From an uncultured virus (IMG/VR IMGVR_UViG_3300037634_004692) (taxonomy: Duplodnaviria > Heunggongvirae > Uroviricota > Caudoviricetes): a stretch of 60,151 bases of DNA. Position 1 is the stretch's first letter; every line of letters starts with the position of its first letter. The stretch lies in IMG/VR virus record IMGVR_UViG_3300037634_004692. One strand, given 5' to 3'. A model generated the notes under the pieces. The model was not told the origin of the DNA. It was given only the letters and a program-made list of their open reading frames with translations, and made no database searches. Of the stretch, positions 47,774-56,469 are shown piece after piece. The position numbers and the translations under genes were made by a program.

Positions 47774-48157
47774 ATGACAGTGATAGTACATAAGCATATT
47801 ATTTTAAGAATAGAAGCAAAGAAGCCACCAACTGAATCCGAACTCAAAGATTGGATGGTAGCGTTGGTAGACAAAGTAGGTATGAAAATCTTGGCTGGTC
47901 CTATATCTGGAGATATAGATTATATGGTTGGCAATAATGGTCCAACTTGTGCTGTGGTTATTGAAACGTCACATATGGCTTGCCATGTATGGAATGATAC
48001 AGACCCAGCATTAATTCAACTCGACGTATATACGTGTGGGCCATTTGATCCACAGGATGTCATTGACCATATTCAAGTATGGGAACCAATCAAAGTAGAA
48101 TACAAATATTTAGATCGTGAACATGATCTTAAAGAAATTGAATTTAAACCGAAATAA
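47774..48157 (+). CDS. speD: S-adenosylmethionine decarboxylase-like proenzyme
   Basis: HKHIIL; VVIETSHMACHVW; LDVYTCG. Confidence 0.8.
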   Translation: MTVIVHKHIILRIEAKKPPTESELKDWMVALVDKVGMKILAGPISGDIDYMVGNNGPTCAVVIETSHMACHVWNDTDPALIQLDVYTCGPFDPQDVIDHIQVWEPIKVEYKYLDREHDLKEIEFKPK

Positions 48158-48160
48158 TTA

Positions 48161-48532
48161 ATGAATATAATCGGCATTGGCGTAGATCTGGTTAATATTG
48201 AACGTGTACAACAAAAGTTAACCAGATCGTCTTCCTTTGCTGAAAAAATTTTAACTTCCACCGAATACGATATTTTTTTAAAAACCCAAGAATCAAATAA
48301 AGCAGCATATGTTGCTAAATGTTGGGCAGTCAAAGAAGCATTTGCCAAAGCCAATGGCACTGGATTTACTAGCGATTTAACATGGAAAGATATTTCCTAT
48401 GTTAGTAACGGTGGCCCACCGAGTATTGTTCTAGATACTCGCATTAATAACAATAACAATAATATACATTTAAGTGTCAGTGATGAAAATGATAGCGCCA
48501 TCGCCTTTGTAATCATTTCTAATAATTGTTGA
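48161..48532 (+). CDS. acpS: Holo-ACP synthase (phosphopantetheinyl transferase)
   Basis: IIGIGVDLV.IERV; WAVKEAFAKA.GTG; IHLSVS. Confidence 0.9.
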   Translation: MNIIGIGVDLVNIERVQQKLTRSSSFAEKILTSTEYDIFLKTQESNKAAYVAKCWAVKEAFAKANGTGFTSDLTWKDISYVSNGGPPSIVLDTRINNNNNNIHLSVSDENDSAIAFVIISNNC

Positions 48533-48580
48533 CAACTATTATTATTGCATGCTATAATACGACTTAAATAACAGGATTAT

Positions 48581-48657
48581 ACGCCCTTAGCTCAGTTGGA
48601 TAGAGCAACGGCCTTCTAAGCCGTAGGTCGCGGGTTCAAATCCTGCAGGGCGTGCCA
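48581..48657 (+). tRNA. tRNA-Arg(TCT)
   Basis: ACGCCCT/AGGGCGT-GCCA; ACGGC-CTTCTAA-GCCGT; TTGACA/TATAAT promoter upstream. Confidence 0.93.
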
Positions 48658-48661
48658 ATTT

Positions 48662-49324
48662 ATGAATAAACTATTAACTGAACACCATGCATGGGATATT
48701 ATAACAAAGCTCAAATATGGATTTAATTCCAGTATATTCATATCTACAACTCGATTACGTGAACGACAAGGCATTGCAAATTGCCGTGCATTAGCAGATC
48801 TGATTAAGTATGAATTAAGCGTATGTTTAGAAAATTCCAAGATTAAAATTAGTGTGGATTATGGATATTATAATCACCCGCAAAAGATAATGCATATTTA
48901 TTTTAATATCGAAGATACTATTGGTATTGAAAAAATGATGTCGTTGTTAGAAAAGCACAAACATGATTTTGAAATTTTAAATATTAAAACACCGCGTGAC
49001 GCTCATCATCATTTTATGATTCATAACAATGCAGAAATGGATATTCGTTATAATCTATATTATAATAAGTATCGCTATTCAGTAAAGATAATATTGTACA
49101 GCCAAAATATAGATCGAAGAAAAAGAACAGTGGCTTACATTAAGCAACACTTCAATGATTACCGATTGAATATTGCGTATATGTATCGATCATTATCTAT
49201 ACATATGAATCAAATTGATCAAATGATGTTATTACGATTGTCAAATGAACTAGACGATGTTCAAATTAAAGAAGCATTGTTAATTGATGACTACGAAAAA
49301 TTGACTACAGGAACTATTCAATGA
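48662..49324 (+). CDS. Hypothetical protein, probable paralogue of 59453..60133
   Basis: Similar length; shared YNKY and MM(L/F)xxL-type motifs. Confidence 0.6.
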   Translation: MNKLLTEHHAWDIITKLKYGFNSSIFISTTRLRERQGIANCRALADLIKYELSVCLENSKIKISVDYGYYNHPQKIMHIYFNIEDTIGIEKMMSLLEKHKHDFEILNIKTPRDAHHHFMIHNNAEMDIRYNLYYNKYRYSVKIILYSQNIDRRKRTVAYIKQHFNDYRLNIAYMYRSLSIHMNQIDQMMLLRLSNELDDVQIKEALLIDDYEKLTTGTIQ

Positions 49325-49476
49325 AAACTTTATTGTGCTTGATCGTATTTGGATGGATTAGTTATAAACTTTATGATTTTCTTGTTTCTGATCCAATTGA
49401 GTATGAAGAACGAAAACGTGAAGAAAAACGAAAAAGTTTACTATCTAATACCAACGATAAATGGAGGAAGAAATAA
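49321..49476 (+). CDS. Small membrane-anchored hypothetical protein (51 aa)
   Basis: Read manually; ATGA and TAATG overlaps with both neighbours. Confidence 0.55.
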   Translation: MKTLLCLIVFGWISYKLYDFLVSDPIEYEERKREEKRKSLLSNTNDKWRKK

Positions 49477-50165
49477 TGACTACACTTATTGATAAACGAT
49501 ATTATCGAGTTTATATTTACGGCTGGGGTGGCGAAAGTGCATATATGCATATTTCGAAAGAAGCACACAATTTTTGGGAATACCAACCGCAGGCTGATTT
49601 GGTTCATTATATGTTAAATGCTGAAGATGATGAACTTGATTATGATGATTTTGAAGAAGTGGATGATATCCCTTTGTCAGCACAGTTCTTGCGTGATGCT
49701 GATGGTCAAGTTTGTGCATGGTATGATTCGCGACGCGAGTTTCATCATTGCTTTGGCGGAGACCTTGACTCGTGTAGAATTACTGTCGAGGAAATTGCAG
49801 GCGATGATTTGGATGCAGACGTTACAGATGAAATTGTTATTGGTAAATGCATTCAAGAATGGAGTCAAGAAATTGAAGATGAAACCGACTTTAACAAAAC
49901 CATATGGGTGGCAGATTCTTGCGATGAGCCAGACAATCTAAAATATATTGCACAAATGAATAGTTCTGAAAAGGGCTGCTTTGTTTATGGTATAATTGAA
50001 ACAACTGGCGATTTTGATCCTACGAAACTTACCGTTAATACTACTGAATATTTAGATGGTGACAATATAATTGAGTCAGTATCGTATGATGGTAATGATA
50101 TTGATAACGACGGTGGAGACACTAGTGGAAAAGGATATAACGCACAAGTGTGGCAGCAATGCTAA
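49476..50165 (+). CDS. Acidic hypothetical protein
   Basis: GGAGG RBS before ATG 49476. Confidence 0.7.
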   Translation: MTTLIDKRYYRVYIYGWGGESAYMHISKEAHNFWEYQPQADLVHYMLNAEDDELDYDDFEEVDDIPLSAQFLRDADGQVCAWYDSRREFHHCFGGDLDSCRITVEEIAGDDLDADVTDEIVIGKCIQEWSQEIEDETDFNKTIWVADSCDEPDNLKYIAQMNSSEKGCFVYGIIETTGDFDPTKLTVNTTEYLDGDNIIESVSYDGNDIDNDGGDTSGKGYNAQVWQQC

Positions 50166-50439
50166 TGCAGTAACATTTAGTTATAGAGACACGCCAGCTC
50201 TAGAAAAATTTGTAGATGCACATGTAGATTTTACTAAGATGCATGTGCCTGGCAACATCGCTCACTCTGTGTTTATGTCAGCATACTATGCTAACATTTT
50301 GAATGAGGCATTAGCAGAATATGACGCTAGATTCGAATTTCATCCGTGTACAAACATAATGTGCAAGCTAACTAATCATTCTATTATATTTGATAATGAA
50401 GGTGCATATTTTTTGTTTATAATGCAGCACGGTTTGTAA
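50071..50439 (+). CDS. Hypothetical protein (start uncertain)
   Basis: Fills the gap in a co-oriented run. Confidence 0.4.
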   Translation: MSQYRMMVMILITTVETLVEKDITHKCGSNANAVTFSYRDTPALEKFVDAHVDFTKMHVPGNIAHSVFMSAYYANILNEALAEYDARFEFHPCTNIMCKLTNHSIIFDNEGAYFLFIMQHGL

Positions 50440-50457
50440 TAATTAGAGAACAAATTA

Positions 50458-50994
50458 ATGAATATGCATCATTCAACAATAACATCAAAAACCTCACAAT
50501 TACACGAATTCATTTTACAATGCAATAAGCTAGGATTTAAAAATAATAATTCACTTAAAGCTATGAAATTTGATTGGTGCATGGAAACAGGAGGAATGTG
50601 GAATGTAACATTTAAAAACGATAAAATAATTAGTGTCAGTGGTATACATCCATTTAAAGACGGATTTCGTGCATTATTTAGAGGAGCACAATTAGAGCCA
50701 AGGCGTGTATCAGGATTAAATAGACATCATATGGCAAGCTATCCATTTGCTGAGCATTTACCTTTACAGTTAGATTTTGCTGATAATAAACCAGTTTATA
50801 TTACAACAAATATTTCAAATGATGCAAGTGGTAGAATGAATAGGATTCATAAGTCGTTTTCTGTAATGGAAAAGTATGGACAAATGGTTGAATACTGTGG
50901 CGATGAAGAAATATTCTATACGCAACAAAGTATATGGAAAGTAAATGTAGAAAACTATTTTAATATCAGACAACGCATGAATAAAAATAATTAA
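50458..50994 (+). CDS. Hypothetical protein, possibly GNAT-like
   Basis: KIISVSGIH...RALFR...VYITTN pattern; weak. Confidence 0.55.
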   Translation: MNMHHSTITSKTSQLHEFILQCNKLGFKNNNSLKAMKFDWCMETGGMWNVTFKNDKIISVSGIHPFKDGFRALFRGAQLEPRRVSGLNRHHMASYPFAEHLPLQLDFADNKPVYITTNISNDASGRMNRIHKSFSVMEKYGQMVEYCGDEEIFYTQQSIWKVNVENYFNIRQRMNKNN

Positions 50995-51013
50995 ATTAAT
51001 TTTAAAAAAAGTA

Positions 51014-51057
51014 TTGACAACCAATACGTCTTACTGTATTATATAAGTATAAGTTAA
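51014..51057 (+). promoter_or_regulatory. Early promoter, conserved-spacer family copy 3
   Basis: TTGACA-ACCAATACGTCTTACTG-TATTAT-ATAAGTATAAGTTAA. Confidence 0.8.
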
Positions 51058-51073
51058 GTAAATAGGTGTAATT

Positions 51074-51340
51074 ATGTCGAACATAGGAACTAAAGTTAGT
51101 AACACATGTTGGATGGTGCATACAGAAGGCCAAATTAAACTGTTTACTTCTCGCGCCATCGCACTTAGTTATGCGCGGGAACTATTAGATATAATATACG
51201 GTATTACAGAAACCGAAGTGGTGGATGATTGTTATCCAACTGGTTATAAATCGTATGAAGTCCGTGAGCTCAATCGCGATATTCAAGAATATGATTTGAA
51301 GTACTTTTGGGTTGCCCAAACCCCAATTTTTATCCAATAA
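51074..51340 (+). CDS. Hypothetical early protein
   Basis: AGGT RBS after the early promoter. Confidence 0.6.
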   Translation: MSNIGTKVSNTCWMVHTEGQIKLFTSRAIALSYARELLDIIYGITETEVVDDCYPTGYKSYEVRELNRDIQEYDLKYFWVAQTPIFIQ

Positions 51341-51352
51341 AAGGAACTCATT

Positions 51353-51805
51353 ATGAAGTTAATTATTGAAATGCAGGATCGTGAGAACTACGCCGCCCAT
51401 AATGGTTTTACTGGTGAATATTACTGGAAAAACAAAATTGGCGCCACGTATATTGTTAATAATGTTAGTGAAGATAAGCAGTCCGACATTGTTGATCAAG
51501 TTCGTCCATTCATTGAAAAAAGCGACGATTACTTCTCTAGTGAAGTGGGTGTTGTTTACTTATTGGAAGATGATCAGGAGACTGAGTATGTTCAGATGCA
51601 AAAGGAATATGATCCAGAAGGCACAGTTTACCTTCCAGCAGAATTAAAACAGAACGCCAAGGGAGTTTGGTTTGAAAAACGTGGCTATTTAATTAGTTCA
51701 CGTGTTAATGCTGAGTTAGGTGGTCAATTCATTGGTTATGTAGATAATCTTGAGACTGGCAAGACAGTAAAGCACATTAATCCAGCTGCCAAATTGGCAG
51801 CTTAA
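51353..51805 (+). CDS. Hypothetical early protein ending AAKLAA
   Basis: AAGGA RBS; ENYAAH...YWK motif. Confidence 0.7.
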   Translation: MKLIIEMQDRENYAAHNGFTGEYYWKNKIGATYIVNNVSEDKQSDIVDQVRPFIEKSDDYFSSEVGVVYLLEDDQETEYVQMQKEYDPEGTVYLPAELKQNAKGVWFEKRGYLISSRVNAELGGQFIGYVDNLETGKTVKHINPAAKLAA

Positions 51806-51818
51806 CAGAGTATATAAT

Positions 51819-52097
51819 ATGTTAACACAAACTGAAATGGAATCTATTGAATCTTTGGTTCGAAATCTTAATTTTGATCAGGTGCAAGCAATTGAAGAGC
51901 GTTTGCAGATGCATCGTAAATTCCTTGCTACACAATCAGTACGTAGGTTTATTATTGGCGACACTGTTTGCTTCACTAATAGTAAATTAGGATATAGAGT
52001 TGGTAACATTACAAAAGTAAGTCGACGTTATATACATGTACAAGATGGAAGTACCAATTGGCGTGTTCCAGCAGAAATGCTAACTTATGTCCCGTAA
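51819..52097 (+). CDS. Hypothetical protein with SH3-like C-terminus
   Basis: GD.V.F......G.ITKV.R.YI.V.....WRVP..ML. Confidence 0.65.
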   Translation: MLTQTEMESIESLVRNLNFDQVQAIEERLQMHRKFLATQSVRRFIIGDTVCFTNSKLGYRVGNITKVSRRYIHVQDGSTNWRVPAEMLTYVP

Positions 52098-52119
52098 CAA
52101 TTAAATTTGGAGAATTAAT

Positions 52120-52386
52120 ATGTTGAAAGTAGACTATACAAAAGTACCCGTTGATTATATGGTACCAGCAGTTAAGCGTTATATTGAAAATGGCATTATG
52201 CCAGGTGGTTTTTTGACTGCTGTAATTTGTAATGATTTGCGTGGTGCTATCTTTAAAGCAGACACGGCAAACCAAAATGCAATTAAAGAATGGGTCCTGT
52301 TCTTTGAATGGGAAGCACCAGCAGCTTGTTGGGGCAGTATCAATAGCGTGGACGATTGGGTTGCATTTGCTGAGCAGGCATCGTAA
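52120..52386 (+). CDS. Hypothetical phage protein
   Basis: GGAG RBS; PGGFLTAVICNDL..A...AD; P.ACWGS...V..W. Confidence 0.7.
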   Translation: MLKVDYTKVPVDYMVPAVKRYIENGIMPGGFLTAVICNDLRGAIFKADTANQNAIKEWVLFFEWEAPAACWGSINSVDDWVAFAEQAS

Positions 52387-52643
52387 TGGAAGCACTACTA
52401 TATTTTTTCCTAACTATTGTAACCGATAATGAGGTATTTGACACTACCATTGTTTATCCGTCATACTTTTCAAGTAGAGAACAATGTGAACAAATTATTG
52501 ATCCTTCCTTTTTAAGTACGCATTATCGATATTTTACAGAAAATATTAACGGTACTATTCTTTCTATTGATGCGCAGTGTGTTGTAGAAATAACAAGATT
52601 GGTAGCAGCAAATATTATTGAAGGTGAAGAAGGGTCGAGTTAA
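52386..52643 (+). CDS. Hypothetical protein
   Basis: TAATG overlap with upstream gene. Confidence 0.55.
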   Translation: MEALLYFFLTIVTDNEVFDTTIVYPSYFSSREQCEQIIDPSFLSTHYRYFTENINGTILSIDAQCVVEITRLVAANIIEGEEGSS

Positions 52644-52873
52644 TTCGACCCTTTTTTGTTAGCTTGTGTTTTTCGTTTAATTTTCTTAAATATATGACCC
52701 CATGCTTGCTCATGGAAAAAATATAAAATAAATTTAATAACAGCATCAACGCTTGCTATTGAACCAGCTAAACTCAAATTACCTGTAAGTGTTAACGAAA
52801 TCACAAATGTCATTATAACTGATAAAACACGATACGATAAACTTTTTATTAAATGTAAATGAACACTTTTCAT
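52640..52873 (-). CDS. DUF2061-like small membrane protein
   Basis: KSLSYRVL...T......LTG....A......K..LYFFHE..W; GGAGG RBS. Confidence 0.75.
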   Translation of the reverse strand: MKSVHLHLIKSLSYRVLSVIMTFVISLTLTGNLSLAGSIASVDAVIKFILYFFHEQAWGHIFKKIKRKTQANKKGSN

Positions 52874-52988
52874 TTAGACTTCCCTCCAAATTATAAAGGT
52901 GTAGTCTTTCACAATAGATTCACTATATTTCCTTATTCTTATTAGGTATTTATCAATGTAATAAGCCAGTAAACTATTAATAAAAGTA

Positions 52989-53017
52989 TTGACAACCAAT
53001 GTGTCTTATTATATAAT
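52989..53017 (+). promoter_or_regulatory. Early promoter, conserved-spacer family copy 4 (degenerate)
   Basis: TTGACA-ACCAATGTGTCTTATTA-TATAAT. Confidence 0.75.
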
Positions 53018-53049
53018 ATATGTATAAATTGTTAAGAAAGAGAGTATAT

Positions 53050-53631
53050 ATGAACTTAGACAAAATCATTTTGACTGACTGTGACGGTGTTCTGCTTGAC
53101 TGGGAGTCAGCCTTCCATGAATGGATGGTAGAGCGTGGCTATGTTGCAATTGAAACTGCAATATATGATATTAGCAAAATGTATGGATTAGAAAAAAAGC
53201 AAGGCAAGGCACTAGTTAAAGATTTTAATGAAAGCGCCTGGATGGGCTATTTAAAAGCATTGCGTGATGCTCGTAGTGGTGTTGCTAAGTTATATGAAGC
53301 AGGATATAGATTTCATTGTATTACTAGTATGAGCTTAGATAAAAAAGCTAAACGGTTACGGATGTACAATCTAGAGAATGTATTTGGTAAAGGGGTATTT
53401 AAAGAATTAATTTGTTTAGACACGGGCGCTGATAAAGATGATGCACTTGTTGAATATAAAGACAGCGGATGCTATTGGTTAGAAGATAAGATAGAAAACG
53501 CAGTCTGCGGTCTACGGTACGGGTTAAAGAGCATACTCATTGAGCATGCTCATAATATTGATTGTGACAACAAAGATATTATACGGGCTGCTAACTGGGG
53601 TGAAATTGTTGACACAATCCTTGTTAGTTAA
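53050..53631 (+). CDS. HAD-superfamily hydrolase (nucleotidase-like)
   Basis: ILTDCDGVLLDW; CITS; WLEDK..NA. Confidence 0.85.
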   Translation: MNLDKIILTDCDGVLLDWESAFHEWMVERGYVAIETAIYDISKMYGLEKKQGKALVKDFNESAWMGYLKALRDARSGVAKLYEAGYRFHCITSMSLDKKAKRLRMYNLENVFGKGVFKELICLDTGADKDDALVEYKDSGCYWLEDKIENAVCGLRYGLKSILIEHAHNIDCDNKDIIRAANWGEIVDTILVS

Positions 53632-54368
53632 TCTATATCTTCGTCGCCATAGATAGATAACACCTCGGTAACGACTACATGTCGTTCTACGTCTTGTCTA
53701 CCGAATTCTACTATTGCAATCATTGCGCTTTTAGCTGCGCTTAATTTTTTAACAAAGTCTTTAAGACCATTGTTTTCGTAACCTCTATCATGCTGTGCTA
53801 AATCACCAGTTACGACAATTCGACTGCCGTCACCAATTCGAGTAAGTAGCATTTTCATTTGACTAGGGGTTGCATTTTGCATTTCATCAGCAATGATATA
53901 TGAATGTTTGAACGTTCTGCCACGCATGTATGCAAGTGGTGCTATTTCAATAACTTGATCAGCAATCATTGATTCTATTTGTTGGGGTGAAAAGTATTCG
54001 TTGAATACGTCAAATATAGGGCGTGTCCAAGGCGCCATTTTTTCTTCCAGTGTGCCTGGTAAGAAGCCATGCTGTTCGTCTACACTAACTGCTGGTCTGG
54101 TGACAACAATTTTTTCGATTTCACCGTCTTTTAATGCACGAATAGCAGCTAAAACACCAAGTAGTGTTTTACCAGTACCTGCTGGTCCCATTGAAAAAAC
54201 AATATGTTTAGATGGGTCATCCAAGTACTCTATGTAATCTTCTTGACGAAGATTTTTTGGAATCATGGTTACATGTCTTTTTCGACGTGCCATACCATTA
54301 AGTTGTATTACATCATCTGTGTTAGTATGATGCTGTTGGTTTTTTGTCTTACGAGCTCTTTTTGCCAT
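53628..54368 (-). CDS. phoH: PhoH family protein
   Basis: GPAGTGKT; TRPAV; GFLPG; PLAYMRGRTF; DEMQN; TRIG; TGD..Q.D. Confidence 0.95.
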   Translation of the reverse strand: MAKRARKTKNQQHHTNTDDVIQLNGMARRKRHVTMIPKNLRQEDYIEYLDDPSKHIVFSMGPAGTGKTLLGVLAAIRALKDGEIEKIVVTRPAVSVDEQHGFLPGTLEEKMAPWTRPIFDVFNEYFSPQQIESMIADQVIEIAPLAYMRGRTFKHSYIIADEMQNATPSQMKMLLTRIGDGSRIVVTGDLAQHDRGYENNGLKDFVKKLSAAKSAMIAIVEFGRQDVERHVVVTEVLSIYGDEDID

Positions 54369-54496
54369 TATAACTCCTATAGTTAATGCCCAGTTGAGCG
54401 TTCCCGTACTAGTATTTATAACACTGATAAATTAATTAACATAGTATATACAGGAAAGGCATAAATACATATATAAAATAAAGGAAAATTCATACT

Positions 54497-55006
54497 ATGG
54501 ACCAAATGGATATTATGAAAAGCCTTGATGATAACTACAAAGCATCAAGTGCAATAGAAATATTAATGCAGTTTGACGGTGTTCTGGACCGCTTAAATGT
54601 TTATGCATATAAAAACTGGATTGAAGGTGAAATTGTGGATGGACCACATATTGAGCCAAATTGGGTGACGGTAACATTAATGTATCCGCATAAACTAATG
54701 CCAGATCCAGAAGCAACTAGTCGAATTATCGATTTTGGTGGTCGTGTATTTTTTGCAAAAGATACGTTAGTAACGGCAGCAAAACTAGTAACGCCAGAAG
54801 ATAGTGACGGAGTAGATGGTGCTGACGGAATGCGCCCAGGTCAACCACGTGCCAAAAAAGTTGAAAGACCAATTTGGCTTGTAACAGTTGAATTACCACG
54901 CGACATCATGGATAGCGCAATAACAAATAAAAAAGCAGTTGACGATATGAATGTAGATTCAGAACTAGTTAACAATGCATATGATGAGGGTGCTGACGAT
55001 GAGTGA
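54497..55006 (+). CDS. Hypothetical protein
   Basis: AAGGA RBS; TAAATA motifs upstream. Confidence 0.7.
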   Translation: MDQMDIMKSLDDNYKASSAIEILMQFDGVLDRLNVYAYKNWIEGEIVDGPHIEPNWVTVTLMYPHKLMPDPEATSRIIDFGGRVFFAKDTLVTAAKLVTPEDSDGVDGADGMRPGQPRAKKVERPIWLVTVELPRDIMDSAITNKKAVDDMNVDSELVNNAYDEGADDE

Positions 55007-55484
55007 TTTAAATGAAGGCCTTAGGCACAATGAACTTCGTAATTTAATCGAACCATTAATAAGTATTGACCAATATAAATCTAAAAGTGGTGATGATAAA
55101 AATGTATGTGTGGTTGCTATAAAAATTAATAAGGAAAAACCTGCAAAAGCTTTTAGTCAGTTTTTAGAAACTGGAATTCAAGATGCTATTGATGTTGATA
55201 CATCACCTGGTCCAGACCATAATGGATTATATACTGTATTCATTGAGTTAGAACGTAAAAGTACATTATTCGAACAAATCGAAAAAATTATTAAATGTAT
55301 CTTGACATCTGACGAAGAAGTCTGTAAAATATCATTTACAAGTTATGAAAATAAACAACCGCAAGTGTGGGATAAAGATTTATTTCATAATAGTGTATTG
55401 ACAAGCAGTTATGATTATGAAATAAAACATAATCCAGACGCTAAAGAAATAAACGACAGAGTGAAATTTTTAAACAAATACTAA
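54999..55484 (+). CDS. Hypothetical protein
   Basis: GAGG RBS before ATG 54999; TAATG overlap with infA. Confidence 0.7.
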   Translation: MSDLNEGLRHNELRNLIEPLISIDQYKSKSGDDKNVCVVAIKINKEKPAKAFSQFLETGIQDAIDVDTSPGPDHNGLYTVFIELERKSTLFEQIEKIIKCILTSDEEVCKISFTSYENKQPQVWDKDLFHNSVLTSSYDYEIKHNPDAKEINDRVKFLNKY

Positions 55485-55705
55485 TGGCTAAAGAAGAATT
55501 ATTTAAAATGCAAGGCACAATAGTTGAATGTATGCCTAATGCAATGTTCAAAGTTCAAATTGAAAATACTGAAAATGTTATAATAGGCATAATCAGTGGA
55601 AAAATTCGTAGATATAATATTAACATACTCCTTGGTGATAAAGTTGATATAGAGATTAGTCCATACGATGTCACCAAAGGTCGTATTACGTTTAGGTACA
55701 AATAA
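55484..55705 (+). CDS. infA: Translation initiation factor IF-1
   Basis: MAKEE....G.IVE.MPNAMFKV; ISGKIR...I.IL.GDKV..E.SPYD.TKGRITFR. Confidence 0.96.
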   Translation: MAKEELFKMQGTIVECMPNAMFKVQIENTENVIIGIISGKIRRYNINILLGDKVDIEISPYDVTKGRITFRYK

Positions 55706-55706
55706 A

Positions 55707-56174
55707 ATGTTTGGAAGATTAAAAGTTTACATTATAATGTTTTCAGTCTTTGCAATGTTTGCAGGGGTAGCTTATTGGTATTATCAAGATACACAAGCTG
55801 CAATGAAACAATATGCTGCAAACCAAGCTAAATTGGAGTCAGCATTGCAGACCCAAGCAGCAGCCTATGAAGCGTTACAACGTGACATGGAACTCATGCA
55901 AAAGACACAGCAAGAGTTAGCAGATAAATTTGCAGAAAGCAGAAAGCTAACGGCATCCCTTGAAACGCTGTTTAAAGAAGATAGCAAGGGCAATCCAAGA
56001 GATTTTGGCACTTTGGCCGCTGAAGACCCAGAGTTTGTTACTGAAGAGTTAAATACGGGTACACGCGAAGTGTTTGAATGTTTTGAACGATTATCAGGAA
56101 ATGAGGAATCTACCGATGATAAAACATATATTGATTGTTTTGGCAATAATGACAATGACAACAGCTTGCAGTAG
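55707..56174 (+). CDS. Inner-membrane spanin candidate (Rz-like)
   Basis: N-terminal TM helix then coiled coil; C-terminal Cys residues; overlaps a lipoprotein gene. Confidence 0.65.
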   Translation: MFGRLKVYIIMFSVFAMFAGVAYWYYQDTQAAMKQYAANQAKLESALQTQAAAYEALQRDMELMQKTQQELADKFAESRKLTASLETLFKEDSKGNPRDFGTLAAEDPEFVTEELNTGTREVFECFERLSGNEESTDDKTYIDCFGNNDNDNSLQ

Positions 56175-56469
56175 TATACCGCAAGTTATCGATATTAAAT
56201 CAGAACCGGCACAAAGACCCACTTTGATTATTCCAACTGTAGACAAATTCAAAGCACGTGAAGTGATATGGATCACTATCACGCCAGAAAACATCAATAA
56301 CGTTTTTGCAGACTTACAAGATGCAAACGAAGAAATAGTATTAATAGCAACATCCCCAAGTGGCATGAGACATCTCACGCTCAACATGGCTGATCTGCTA
56401 AAATTGGTTCAACAACAAAAACAAATAATAGCAGCCTATAAACAATACTATGAAGCAGACCAGCCGTAA
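56116..56469 (+). CDS. Outer-membrane lipoprotein spanin candidate (Rz1-like)
   Basis: MIKHILIVLAIMTMTTAC lipobox-like signal; Pro-containing linker; start inside the upstream gene. Confidence 0.65.
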   Translation: MIKHILIVLAIMTMTTACSSIPQVIDIKSEPAQRPTLIIPTVDKFKAREVIWITITPENINNVFADLQDANEEIVLIATSPSGMRHLTLNMADLLKLVQQQKQIIAAYKQYYEADQP

